From NCBI GenBank assembly GCA_951406725.2, contig OX597816.1, positions 20,584,001 through 20,648,000 of the forward strand: 64,000 nt of DNA, read 5' to 3'. The notes below the pieces were generated by a model, which ran no database searches, had not been told where the DNA came from, and was given only the letters and a program-made list of their open reading frames with translations. Below, one piece after another: positions 37,579 through 50,171 of this stretch (positions are counted from its first letter, which is position 1; the number at the start of each line of letters is the position of its first letter). The position numbers and the translations under genes were made by a program. This DNA is from Octopus vulgaris (Eukaryota).

Positions 37579-37955
37579 TTTCAGCTTCGCCTCGTATTGC
37601 ATATTATTTCTCCATACAGGGGTTTTTTTCAATGGCGGCCCATTTTCGCGGGGTTCCACTATTTCCCTTCTCTCTCTCCCTCTTTTACGTTGTCTGCCAT
37701 CCCCCTCTTCCTTTGCTAAGAGCATTTTTAAGCCAGCCCGTCATATTCCCGGTGCACCCGCCCTTGCCCACCCCCACCACCAATACCGGATATCTCTATA
37801 TTTTTGCTCCATCTATACCAGATGTCGCTTCTCCCACCACCATTATAGGTGTCTACTCTTCGAACCCCCTCTTCAATACGCTATTTCACCATGCATTGCC
37901 CCTCTCTTGATATCCTACGTTCTACTTGCCTAGAACCTGTCATCATTTCTCTGAA

Positions 37956-38246
37956 CCCCCCCCCCACTGGTGCTCCCCAATATTTCTGCACCCCCCCACA
38001 TAAAAAGCACCATCCGAACGTGGCCGATGCCAGACCCCTCTGGCACCTGTGCAGGTGGCACGTAAAAAACACCCACTACACTCGCGGAGTGGTTGGCGTT
38101 AGGAAGGGCATCCAGCTGTAGAAACACTGCCAGACTAGACTGGAGCCTGGGGCAGTCCCTAGCTCCCCAGACCCCGGTCGAAACCGTCCAACCCGTGCTA
38201 GCGCGGAAAACGGACGTTAAACGATGATGATGATGATGATGATGAT
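37956..38246 (+). mobile_element. Young RTE 3' tail, same subfamily as 12091-14160
   Basis: Shares diagnostic ccgtgctagcgcggaaaacggacgttaaac(gat)n and tatttctgcaccc. Confidence 0.85.
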
Positions 38247-38249
38247 ATA

Positions 38250-38512
38250 TATACCATTCTGCCTTAAAAAATGGATTTACAACATCAATATCCCTGCATA
38301 TCTTGCACTTGCATCTATTTTCTTTCCTCCACCTCACTCTCTATTTTGAATCACATCTAAACTAATTATGACTTAACCATCCTCTCACACCGTCTCCGAT
38401 GAAGGGATATAATTAATAAATATTCTAGAAACAGCTGTAAGACCTTCTATCTATAAATGTTCTAATATCTACACAGTCTTGGTTTTTTTATCTCATTATG
38501 CAAAAAATTCTT
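38250..38512 (+). mobile_element. ~270-bp hammerhead-bearing Penelope-like mini-element
   Basis: HHR variant at 38392-38443 (GTCT-CCGATGA...GAAA-cagctg-TA-AGAC); flanked by (TA)n; homologous to 8980-9349, 37113-37230 and the 8375-8453 palindrome arm. Confidence 0.65.
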
Positions 38513-39366
38513 AGATATATATATATATATATATATAGATAGATAGATAGATATACATATACATATACAATGGACCTCCATACAGTTTCCTTGCATTAAA
38601 TTCGCTCAGAAAGAATTAGTTGGCCCAGCACTGTAGCAAAAGTTATGAGACCAAGGTGCTGTGAAGCAGGACTGAACCTAAAACCAACATGTTTACCAAG
38701 TAGTCTTCTTAATCACACAGCCGTGCCTGCACATAAACATTACCAATTTCCATTCAATTCTACCCCAATTCTAAATGTTCTCGCTACAGGAAGAATGATG
38801 AACATTTTATATAATATTTTCACAAGTTTATGTAACGCAAATACTTTCAAATTCTATCCAAAATATATTTATTGTCTTAATTACTACAATTTCAGATAAA
38901 TATGCTTAGATTTATTTAATAAATAACAGTCATTAAATTTTTTTTTAAATTTCTTTTGTAGTTTAGTAAGTTTTTCTAAAGTTGATAAAAATACAATTAA
39001 AACTTGTTTACACTTGTTTTGTTCAGCAGAAAACAAGAGCAGAGTAAACAAGTTTTATTATAATTTGACAACTTTAGAAAATCTACCAAACAACAAAAGG
39101 AAATGTTTGTATTTAATATTTATTAATATTTTATTTAAAGTTTATTACATAAATTTGAGCATATTTATCTACAATCATTGTTGTAGACACACACACACAC
39201 AAAAACAAACAAACGCACACACATAATTATATCTGTGTGTGTATGTGTGTGCTTTTGTATGTACACGCATACTCACACAGATACATGCACACTCCTTGAA
39301 CAATTCAACACTCATGATTTTTCTATTTTGTCATCATGCTGTAATCCTCTTCTCCTCTCCCACTCT

Positions 39367-39430
<64 letters not shown>

Positions 39431-39614
39431 TGCTGTGTCTGTATGTCTGTCAGTCTATCTGTTAGTCTCTCTTTCTCACCCTCTCTTGCCCTTTGCCTTT
39501 TACTCTGAACCTAGATCAAAACCTCCTTCATTGGAATTTCAACATCAACAACAGGGTATTTTTGTATGTATGTATGTATGTATCTATGTATCTATGTATC
39601 TATCTATCTATCTA

Positions 39615-39675
<61 letters not shown>

Positions 39676-39678
39676 AAA

Positions 39679-39721
<43 letters not shown>

Positions 39722-39789
39722 CAATCCCTATTGATCATTCTTATGTTTTTTTCTTTTTTTCCCTTTCCTTTTTACGATCCCTTTTGATT

Positions 39790-40315
39790 GTAAACCCACC
39801 CCAATTTTTTTCTCCCCAAAAAGAAAAGCTCTCCTTTGTAATTTGTCCTGTCTGTATTCAGCTCTGTGAGGCTAATAAAGAAACATATCTATGTGCAGAT
39901 TTGTATGTTTTAGGTATGTATTCTCATGCATATAGTTGCATATCTAGACATGCTCATGTATATTTAAATGATAAGCCTCTAGAGAGTTTTACAGATTTTT
40001 ACAGTTCCAATGATGGATTGGATCTGTCGACTTCGAATTAACTTACCCCTTTCTGGTTCTGAGAAGCCTAATTTCTCAAGATTGGTATTTAAGGCAGTGT
40101 GTTACATACTCCAGGGCCCCAATAATTACAGGTATAAGCCTAAACTTGTAATCTGGATAGAGTAACTGCAGATTTCTCAATAGTTCATAGGTATTCTCTT
40201 TTTCACCGTTCTTCCGCTTTATATTAATATCTGCTGGGCAGCTAATTTCCACAATTGGGCACAGTTTCTCTTGTCTATTCCAAATCATTATATCAGGTTT
40301 GTTGTGCTTACATTT
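39790..40315 (-). mobile_element. 3' fragment of another RLE-type non-LTR family
   Basis: HNKPDIMIWNRQEKLCPIVEISCP...IPVIIGALEYV...QSIIGTVKICKT, a PD-(D/E)xK restriction-like endonuclease end. Confidence 0.75.
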
Positions 40316-40752
40316 TATTTAGTTCAAGTATATATGTATGCATGTATGTGCGCATACACATACACATACAAATATATATAGAATTGTTTCTTCATAGGAA
40401 ATGCAGAGCTAGGTTTTATGCTAATTTGAGGATGTCTTTCAACTGAACTCAGCACAAGTGTATTTTTAAAGAATCCTGCACAATTCCTTAATAATAATAC
40501 TTTCTCTTATAGGTAACAAGGCCTGAAATTGTAAGGGAGGGGACTAGTCAATTAGATCGACCCCAGTGTTTCACTGGTACTTAATTTATAGACTCTGAAA
40601 GGATGAAAGCAAAGTCCACCTTGGAAGAATTTGAACTGAGAACATGGTGAAATACCGCTAAACATTCCATCCAAGCTTGTCACCTTAGCAATAATAATAA
40701 GAAGAATAATGATGATAATAATGAGGATGATAATAATAATAAAAATAATAAT

Positions 40753-40785
<33 letters not shown>

Positions 40786-41190
40786 CATCTCTGATCATGA
40801 GTAGAAGTAGTGGGGGAGCACCATAGCCATGTGTTGAGAGGGATTCTTTGGGGTTTGAACAATTCACCTCTGGAAACATGGGTGCTTCGTTGAACATCCT
40901 TAAACAGCCCTTATTCAGGTACCTTTTGAGCAGGATGGGTTACTCAACCAGAAGAAAATTTTAACTGAGCCCCCACCTGCAAGTTCATGAGCTGTTTATC
41001 TTGATATGAGATCATCATGTCGTGCACACATGGTTGTGATGCATGTGCCTAGTGTACCCTTATCAGACGGGTAGTCATGATGGGTATACTGGGCCTGGTA
41101 TATTTTACCCCAGAGCCACTTTGATGGCATGCACTGCTCTCTCACTCAATAATAATAATAATAGTAATAATAATAATAATAATGATAATA
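40786..41190 (+). mobile_element. Unclassified 5'-truncated repeat ending ctctctcactc-(AAT)n
   Basis: Colinear second copy at 55616-56035; this copy has (TAA)n on both sides. Confidence 0.65.
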
Positions 41191-41479
41191 ATGGTTTCAA
41201 ATTTCACTACAAGGGCAGCAATTTGGGGGGAGGGGATGAGTCGATTACATGGACCACAATATTTCACTGATGCTAAATTTATCGACCCCAAAAGCCTGAA
41301 AGGTAAAGTCGGCCTTGACAGAATTTGAACTTAGAACGTAGCGCAGACAAAATGCCGTTAAGCATTTCACTCAGTGTTCTAACATTTCTGCCAGTTCACC
41401 ATGTCAGTATATAATAACAATAATAATAATAATAATGATAATAATAACAATAATAATAATGATGATGATGATAATAATG

Positions 41480-41530
<51 letters not shown>

Positions 41531-41531
<1 letters not shown>

Positions 41532-44500
41532 GGCTACGGCTGCTATAATGGTACAATTATAATTGTAACGGCAATGATGGCCGTCTCCCCATGAGCCAAT
41601 CAAAGCTAAAAAATGATAACATTATCGTAGCACCAAAATGTTTTTGGAAACTAAAAGGAAAACTAAATCAGTATACCAAATCGCTTGTCCTATGGTTAAT
41701 CTGGAAGCGCGTCCCCCAAGGAAGAGCCAGCCTGGGATCGAAAAGTCATCAACTGGCACAAGCTCTTCTCCGAATACGGACATGGATGGTCACTTGAACG
41801 GGAAATCCCCCAACTCGAGCCCTCCAAGTTCACCACCACAACCACCACAGAAAGAAAAATGTAAGCGGAACAAATGGACCCGAGAAGAGTATAAAGAAGT
41901 AATATACGCTTATTACTATGCATTAGGTAGGCCATCTCAAGAGAGACACACCGCAAACTCTTACAGTATATGGAGAACACGGAATCAAGACAGTAGGCCC
42001 TATTTGGACGAGAACAAATTAGCAAATGTGAGGAGGGATATCTTTAGAAATAACAGACTCACAGACAGTGAAATAAGCGCGATCAAGCACGCAACGGAAA
42101 ATGACATAAATATAAGACACAAAGAAAATGAAGAATCAGATGAACAGTATAGCCCGCCACGAGGCTTAATTGAAAGACTGCCATCTGACCAAAGTACGCA
42201 AAGGCCTGAAGATACAAGAAATTCTATTGTACTTGTTAAAGATAGCCAGGAAAACGAAAGAACAACAGTAACTGAAGATCTCGCATTTGCTGAAGAACAC
42301 AGAGAGTCAATAAGCAGAAATGAGGCAGAAAATCCTGAATACACTTGAAGTTGTAAGACATACAAGTATGAATGATAGAGAACCGCTTCATAAACTCTCA
42401 AATACAAACCAAAATAAAAAACAAATCCAAATTGGCAACTATGTAACAAATGAAATAATACGAGAATTAAAACCTGATTTTACTGAGTTAAATGAAATTA
42501 TTTACGCTTCTGCTAGGGCAATTGAAACCAGCTGTATGCCCCCGAAAAAACAAAGAAAACAAAACCTGGGAAGAAATCAAACCTGGAGAAGTAAAATTGA
42601 AAAAGAGATTGAATTTATGAGAGGGGAAATATCAATATTAAATGAACTAATATGTGGAAATGATGTAAGATCCAGAACAGGAAGAAAGATGAAGAGAAAA
42701 TTTGGATCCTCACCAAGAGAAGAACTGATATCAATAAAAGAAACGCTGAAACAAAAAGTCCAAGCAAAAGCCCAAAGAATACGAAGATTTGAGAAGAGAA
42801 ACAAGTTTTACAAGCAAAATAAGCTGTTCACATCCAATGCCAAAAAATTCTACAGAGAAATAGGGAAGGAGAAAGTAACCGTTAAAGACCCCCTCCCATG
42901 GAAGAAGTTCAAAACTTTTGGAAAAGGATTTGGAGTGACAAGAAGACGTACAACATAAATGCAGACTGGATTATACAAACTGAAGGATCCTACCAAAATT
43001 TACTACAACAAGCATGGGAAGACATCACAATAGCAGACCTAAGAAAGGCACTCACGAAGGCCCATAATTGGAAATCCCCGGTAAAGATAGGGTGCCGAAT
43101 TTCTGGCTCGCATCGCTCCCGTGCGCACACGGTAAGCTAGTTCAGCTGCTCAATGGAATTATGAGAGATCCAAAGAAAACACCTGAATGGTTAGCAAGTG
43201 GCATTACTTACCTACTCCCAAAGAATAACGAAACCAACCTTCCAAAAAACTATCGGCCTATAACCTGTCTATCCACCACGTATAAAATCATAACATTTAT
43301 CCTGGCGGAGAAAACATATGCATTCATGGAGAAGAACGATATTTTCCCCATTGAACAAAAAGGGTGCCGCCGAGGCTCTTACGGATGCAAAGATCAACTG
43401 CTAATCAATCGTATGATCCTTGAGAACTGTCACAACAAGCGCAGAAATCTCAGCACCGCATGGATTGACTATAAAAAGGCCTTTGACAGTATACCTCATC
43501 CATGGATCTTGAGATCGCTGGACATCTTCAAAATTTCCCCTGTGATTTCAAACTTCCTGAAGCACAATATGTCGTGGAATACGAATCTCCAATTATACCA
43601 CTCTAATGGAGTACTTGCCTCAGAAAATATAAACATCAACTGTGGAATTTTTCAAGGTGACTCACTTTCACCTTTAATATTCTGCATAGCCCTAATACCC
43701 CTTACAAGTGAATTAAACAGAACAAGGTATGGGTATAAAATTGCCAATAAAAAAATAAGCCATCTATTTTATATGGATGACTTAAAACTTTATGGTAAAG
43801 ACAATAATGAACTTGAAGGCCTATTGCGCACCGTGAAATCATTCAGCGATGACATCGGGATGGAGTTTGGACTTGAGAAGTGTGCCAAGGCCACTTTCCA
43901 GAAAGGGAAAGTGAAGACCACAAATTCAGTCGTGTTAGATGCTGACACAGTCATAAGAGAGCTTGAGCAAGAACAAACATACAAATATTTAGGGATAAAT
44001 GAAGGCTCTGGTATTCAGCATGCAAGCATGAAAGAGAAAATCAGGAAGGAATGTTATAGGAGAGTTCGTGCAGTCCTGAAGTCTGAACTAAATGCACGTA
44101 ACAAGGTGTTAGCTATAAATTCCCTAGCAGTTCCAGTTGTTACTTATAGCTACAATGTGTTGAACTGGAATATGAGTGAAGTAAAGAATATAGATAGAAA
44201 AATACGCAAGCTGCTGAGTTGTAATAGGATGCACCACCCAAAGGCAGACGTAGATCGCCTTTACCTTCCCAGAGCCCAAGGAGGTCGAGGCCTGATCCAA
44301 TTTGAACTAGCTTACAAAACAACCACAATTGGACTGGCCAAATATCTCGAAATATCGAATGACTGGATGCTAAAGTTCGTGGAAAATCACGAGAGACGAA
44401 AGAAGCTTCATTCTATTATAAAGGAAAGCAAAAAATTTGCTATTGATCTCGTGCAGGATACCCAAACTGAACAACCTGAGGGAAGTACGGCAACTATTGC

Positions 44501-45503
44501 TGCAAAGAAGGTGAAAATGATGGCAATGAAAAAAGCGCACGAGCAATTGGCTGATAGGTGGGAGGAGAAACCTCTGCACGGCAAATATGTGACCCGCAGC
44601 AAGCAAGCTGATGTTGACCAGAAGCAAACCCATCAGTGGCTGCGGAGCTCAGGGCTAAAAGCAGAGAGCGAAGGTTTCATCCTGGCTGCTCAAGACCAAA
44701 GCCTATCAACCCGGAACTACCAGGCCAATGTGAGGAAAAATGGAGCAGACCCAAAATGCCGATTCTGCAATGACATGATTGAAACAGTGGACCACCTAAT
44801 CTCTGGATGTAAAGTCTTAGCACCAGTGGAGTATAAATTAAGACATGACAGAGTTGGCCAATATCTCCACTGGCTAATAAGTCGGCATTACAATATCAAA
44901 ACTGCCGACAAGTGGTATAATCACCACCCTGAGGCTGTAACTGAAGGAGAAAATGTAACGATTCTGTGGGACTTTCCAGTACATACAGACCGAACCATCA
45001 AGGCCAATAAACCAGATATTGTTGTGAAAGACCAAAACAATAAAGTTTGCTTATTGATCGACATGAGCATCCCCTGTGATCATAATATCTCAGCGAAAGA
45101 GTTTGACAAGCTCAGAAAATATAAAGACCTACTCATTGAAATTGAGAAAATGTGGCATCTCAAGGCGGTTACAATACCAGTGATCGTAGGAGCACTAGGA
45201 ATGATCAAGAAGGGAACCGAAAATTATATGAGAATGATCCCTGGCTTACCATCCCTGCAAGAAGTGCAAACGATTGTCTTAACTGGTACATCACACGTAT
45301 TGAGAAGAGCATTGTCGATGTGAGAACTGTTGCTGCTCATGCATTTTAATTTAACTTTAAAAAAAAAAAATAAAAAAAAATGAATGAACTACTGAGTTTG
45401 GTTTAATGGCCTACCAATATACACTATGAGTTTCTTTGCCCTAGGAGTCGGGAAGACACTCGGCAAGAAATGGAAGAAAATTTGAAAGAAGAAAAAAAAA
45501 AAG
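41531..45503 (+). mobile_element. Full-length RLE non-LTR retrotransposon, R4/Dong type, copy 1
   Basis: ~107-bp 5' UTR, RT-CCHC-RLE ORF, ~180-bp 3' UTR, (TAA)n on both flanks; same termini as copy 2. Confidence 0.93.
41638..45323 (+). pseudogene. RT + CCHC zinc knuckle + restriction-like endonuclease ORF with three single-base frameshifts (~42310, ~42890, ~43077)
   Basis: NYRPITCL, AWIDYKKAFDSIPH, GIFQGDSLSP, HLFYMDDLKL, YKYLG, LYLPRAQGGRGL, CRFC...HLISGC, RHD, KPDIV...LIDMSIP...KYKDL. Confidence 0.93.
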
Positions 45504-45530
45504 TAATAATAATAATAATAATAATAATAA

Positions 45531-46300
45531 TAGGTGCCAGCATGGCTGTGTGGTAAGAAGCTTACTTCCCAACCCCATGGTTCCGGGTTCAGTCCCACTG
45601 CATAGCACCATGGGCAGGTGTCTTCTAATATAGCTTCAGGCCAAATAAAGCCTTGTGAGTAGATTTGGTAAACATAAACTGAAAGAAGCCTGTCATATGT
45701 ATTCTTTTATTCCTTTATTCTTTTATTCATTTCAGTCATTTGACTGCAGCCATGCTGGAGCACCACCTTTAGTCGAACAAATTGACCCCAAGACTTATTC
45801 TTTGGAAGCCTAGTACTTATTCTATCGTGTTCTTTTACCGATCTGCTAAATTAGAGGGACGTAAACACACCAGCATCGATTGTCAAGCGATGTTGGGGGA
45901 CTAACACAGACACACAAACATATACATACATATATATATAATCATCGACAGGCTTCTTTCAGTTTCCATCTACCAAATCCACTCACAAGGCTTTGGTCAG
46001 CTTGAGACTATAGTAGAAGACACTTACCCAAGGTGTCACACAGTGGGACTGAACCCGGAACCATGTGGTTGGTAAGCAAGCTATATGTATGTATGTACAT
46101 GTCTGTGTATGTGTATGTCTCATCCCACCATTGTTTGCCAACCGATGTCAGTGTATTTACATTTCTGTAATTTAGCAGTTCAGCAAATGAGGCCGATAGA
46201 ATAAGTGCTAGGCTTACAAAGAATAAGTCCTGGGTCGATTTGCTCGACTAAAGGCAGTGCTCCAGCATGGCCACGAACAAAACATTGAAACAAATGAAAG
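45531..46300. mobile_element. SINE A (+) with a second SINE A (-) inserted in its middle
   Basis: Head 45531-45697 (+), inverted copy 45703-46082, 3' half 46085-46300 (+). Confidence 0.8.
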
Positions 46301-47159
46301 AATGATAATTTGTACTAGAATCTGTCACAATCATTATAATGTGCAACCAAAAACGTATAATATTTACTGTAACAATCTTCACATTTTAACAGATTCAAAC
46401 AAAAAGATAAAAAAGAAAAAATACAATAACAACAGCAACATACAAAACAACAAATAAATCGTATTAGAGGATAAGATATTAATTGTGCTGGAATAAATAT
46501 GTAAAGTGATTTATTAAAACTTTTAAGTACTTGTGTAAATACCTGGAAATGATTTCTGCAAATGTTATTCCACAAACGAAGAGATAATAACGGATAGTTA
46601 TAAATAAACAAGTCACAAAGAAAGAGAGACAGACAGAGAGAGGGGGAGAAGGTATCACGAAAATAGAAATAATATATAAAAAATATTATAAAATATTTGA
46701 GAACAATGCCAAGAAAATATGGTTATCATGGTGAAAGACATATCCATAAAGGATATTTAAATATTTGTGGAAGCAAATTTATGTATGTTATTTTTTACGA
46801 TGAGACCAGTATATTTGTAAGAAGAGTTGTCGCATGGAAATTGCATAAACAGGAGAAAAAAAAAGTGTCTGTCTGTGTGTCAGTGTGTCTATGTGTATGT
46901 GAAAATGGATTTGAAAAACAGCCTGTATTCAGCCAAGCTTGAAGGATATTTTTATCTTAACGCTTGAAGAATAAAATCTATTTGTTATTCATGCTATAGG
47001 AAAAAGAAAATAATAATTACATAGAAAAATGCAATCGTCTAGATAGAAAAATGCAAAGCGAAGGAATTCGAAACACCTTTTATTCCGGTAGTTTTGTCTT
47101 TTTTTGCATTTAAGTGCCATCGCTGGTCTAATGGCGATGTCATGAGTTAAATGTCAGGG

Positions 47160-48800
47160 CGTGTGTGTATGTGTGTATATGCGTGTGTGTGTGTGTCTGT
47201 GTCTGTGTATGTGTATGTGTTTCCATTTTTTGCATGTGTGTGTGCAGACGTGCATGTCATATTTATGTTTGTGGGAACACATGTGTATGTGTGTGGGTGT
47301 CTGTGTATGTGTTTCTGTGTGTGTGTGTCTGTGTATGTGTTTCCATGTGTTTCAATGTGTTTATGTGTGTGTGTGTGTGTGTGTGCACATGTGTATGTCA
47401 TATTTATGCTTGTGGGAGCACGTGTGTATATGTGTATGTGTATGTATGTGTATGTGTTTGCATATGTTTGTGTATGTATGTGTCTGTGTATGTGTTTCCA
47501 TATGTTTGTGTGTGTGTATGTGCACATGTGCATGTAATATTTATGTTTGTGGGACCACATGTGTATATGTGTGTGCGTATGTCTGTGTATGTGTTTCCAA
47601 GTGTTTGTGTTCACATGTGTATGTCATATTTGTTTGTGGGTACACGTGTGTATGTGTGTGTGTCTGTGTATGTGTATGTGTTTCCATGTGTTTATGTGTG
47701 TGTGTGTATGACTGTGTGTGCACATGTGTGCATATCATATTTATGTTTGTCGGTGCATGTGTGTATATATGTGTGTGTGTATGTCTGTGTATGTGTTTCA
47801 TATTTGTGTGTATGTGTGTGTGCACATGTGCATGTAATATTTATGTTTGTGGGAGCATATGTGTATGTGTGCATGTGTCTGTGTATGTCTTTCCATCTGT
47901 TTGTGTGTGTGTGTGTGCACAGGTGCATGTCATATTTATGTTTGTGGGAGCACGTGTGTATATGTGGAAGGCGTTTATATTTATGCATGCGTACATGTCT
48001 GTGTATGTGTGCATATATTGAAGTCTGTGTCTATGTGTGTATATTTGTATGTGACTATCTGCACATTTTTATGTACACCTATGTTTTCATCTGCATGTGT
48101 ACTGTCTGAGTCTGTCTATGTATGTGAGTGTGTGCATGTGTGTGTGCATTTGCTCATGTGTGTGTAAGTGTGTCAATTTATGTAAGTTCATGTGTTTATG
48201 CATACGTATGTTCATGTGTGTGTGTGTGTGTGTGCTATATGCTTGTGTATGAGCATACGTGCATTGTGTCGGTGTTATGTGTTATGCACATGTGTATATG
48301 TGTGTGCATGTGTGTATGTGTCTGTCTGCATATCTTTATACATGTGTGTACACATGCATGTGTGTATGCCTGCATATTTATGTGTAAGTCATGCGTTTAT
48401 ATGTGTGAGTATATTTGTGCATAAATGAATGGGTGTGAATGTGTGTATGTCAGTGTATGTGAGTGTGTGTGTGTGTGTGTCTGTCTGTCTGTCTGCATAT
48501 ATTTATGCATGTGTGTCTGTCTGCATAGTTATGTGTAAGTCATGCGTTTATATGTGAGAGTATATTTGTATATAAATGAATGTGCGTGAGTGTGTGTATG
48601 CGAGTGTGAGTGTGTGTGTGTCTGTCTGCATATATTTATGCATGTGTGTATGTCTGCATAGTTATGTGTAAGTCATGTGTTTATATGTGTGAGTTTATTT
48701 GTGTATAAATGAATGGGTGTGAGTGTGTGTATGTCAGTGTATGCGTGTGTGTGTGTGTGTGTGTGTCTGTCAGCCTGTACTTATGCATATGCTTGGCTAA
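47160..48800. repeat. (TG/TA/CA)-derived minisatellite with two higher-order unit types
   Basis: atatttatgtttgtggga-like landmark recurs about seven times in 47250-47950; tatgtgtaagtcatg.gtttatatgtg recurs three times in 48375-48690. Confidence 0.9.
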
Positions 48801-49399
48801 AAGAGCGTGTGAGTGCACATGTGCATAGAGCTGCAAAATCATGTTGTTCCCTCTTGTAATTCAAGATTTATCAATCCTTTATCAATCAATTGAACACCGC
48901 TTGCCAACATCGCAGTGTCACTTTTTTAAAAAATGATTTACATTCAACAGGTTTCACTTATAAATATTATTCTCTAAGCAAATATTTTCATTTTCGATGG
49001 CAGTTTTTTTGTGGGGGTGTGTTTTATTATATTATCATTGTTGTTGGTTATTATAGCTCAACTTTCCGAGAACTAAACTTTGGAAGGAAAAGAAACAAAT
49101 CTTGGCTAATTCTGATAAGAATTATTAACAATAAATATGCATCAGACATATCTTGAGGTGTTCAGATAAATATACATGTATGCACACATACAAATACATC
49201 CTTATACATGTTAATACATACATACACATGCACAAATACGTATGTAAGCATATTGATGCTTACACATTCAGAGATGCACCCAATACATACATAAACATAT
49301 TCACACATATATACACAGGTATACATATATATATATATATACGTATGTATGTATATATATGTATGTATATATAACTAGGTATGTATGTGTGTGTGTGTG

Positions 49400-49446
<47 letters not shown>

Positions 49447-49976
49447 GCATGTGTGTGTGTTTGTGTGTGCATAGACACTACAAAAATACACAAATACATT
49501 AATGCAACCATACATATGCACAAATACATATACATCTTCATGCTTACACACACACAAATACCTATATATATATATATATCTGTGTGTATGCATCTATGTA
49601 TGTATGTATTAGGTATTTGCATATACATACATGCACATACATATAGACAAAGAAAGTAATAGGGGGAGTGTGAAAGTTAGAGATTTATAGCAAATGTCTA
49701 TAAATTATACACACTACATTACAGATCCTCTAATCCGATACCCTAGGGATTTGGGTAATGCCAAAATATTGAATATGTTGATATATTAGAATACAATCTT
49801 AAAAAAAAAACAACAAATCGTGTTTTGTTAACCACATCATAAAATACATAATATTTTTCAGTAGCTTCGACAACTGTGGGCCTCTTTTCACAAGACAAAT
49901 TAGATTTACAAATACCATATCATATTTTAAAGTTACTATACTACACAACTATAGAGATATAGGTATTTATGAACTC

Positions 49977-50132
49977 CATGTCTTTGAGCAATTGCTTGGC
50001 ATTTTCAATAAATGTAAACCCTTCACCCTTTTGGAAGCAACCTGCTCGAGATTGACCCCCGGATTTATGAAATAAACTTCCTGTTCTAACCCTTTATCAT
50101 TTAATCTGGCCAAAATCCAGTCCAAATACTGC

Positions 50133-50171
<39 letters not shown>

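Noticed and set aside
41638-43140. Separate ORF1/ORF2 or programmed frameshifting in the R4/Dong element
   Set aside because: The breaks differ between the two copies and cancel out, indicating one ORF with mutations or sequencing errors.
47151-48428. Cys/Val/His-rich ORFs up to 314 aa resembling metallothionein or keratin-associated proteins
   Set aside because: Products of TG/CA repeats, open in multiple frames.
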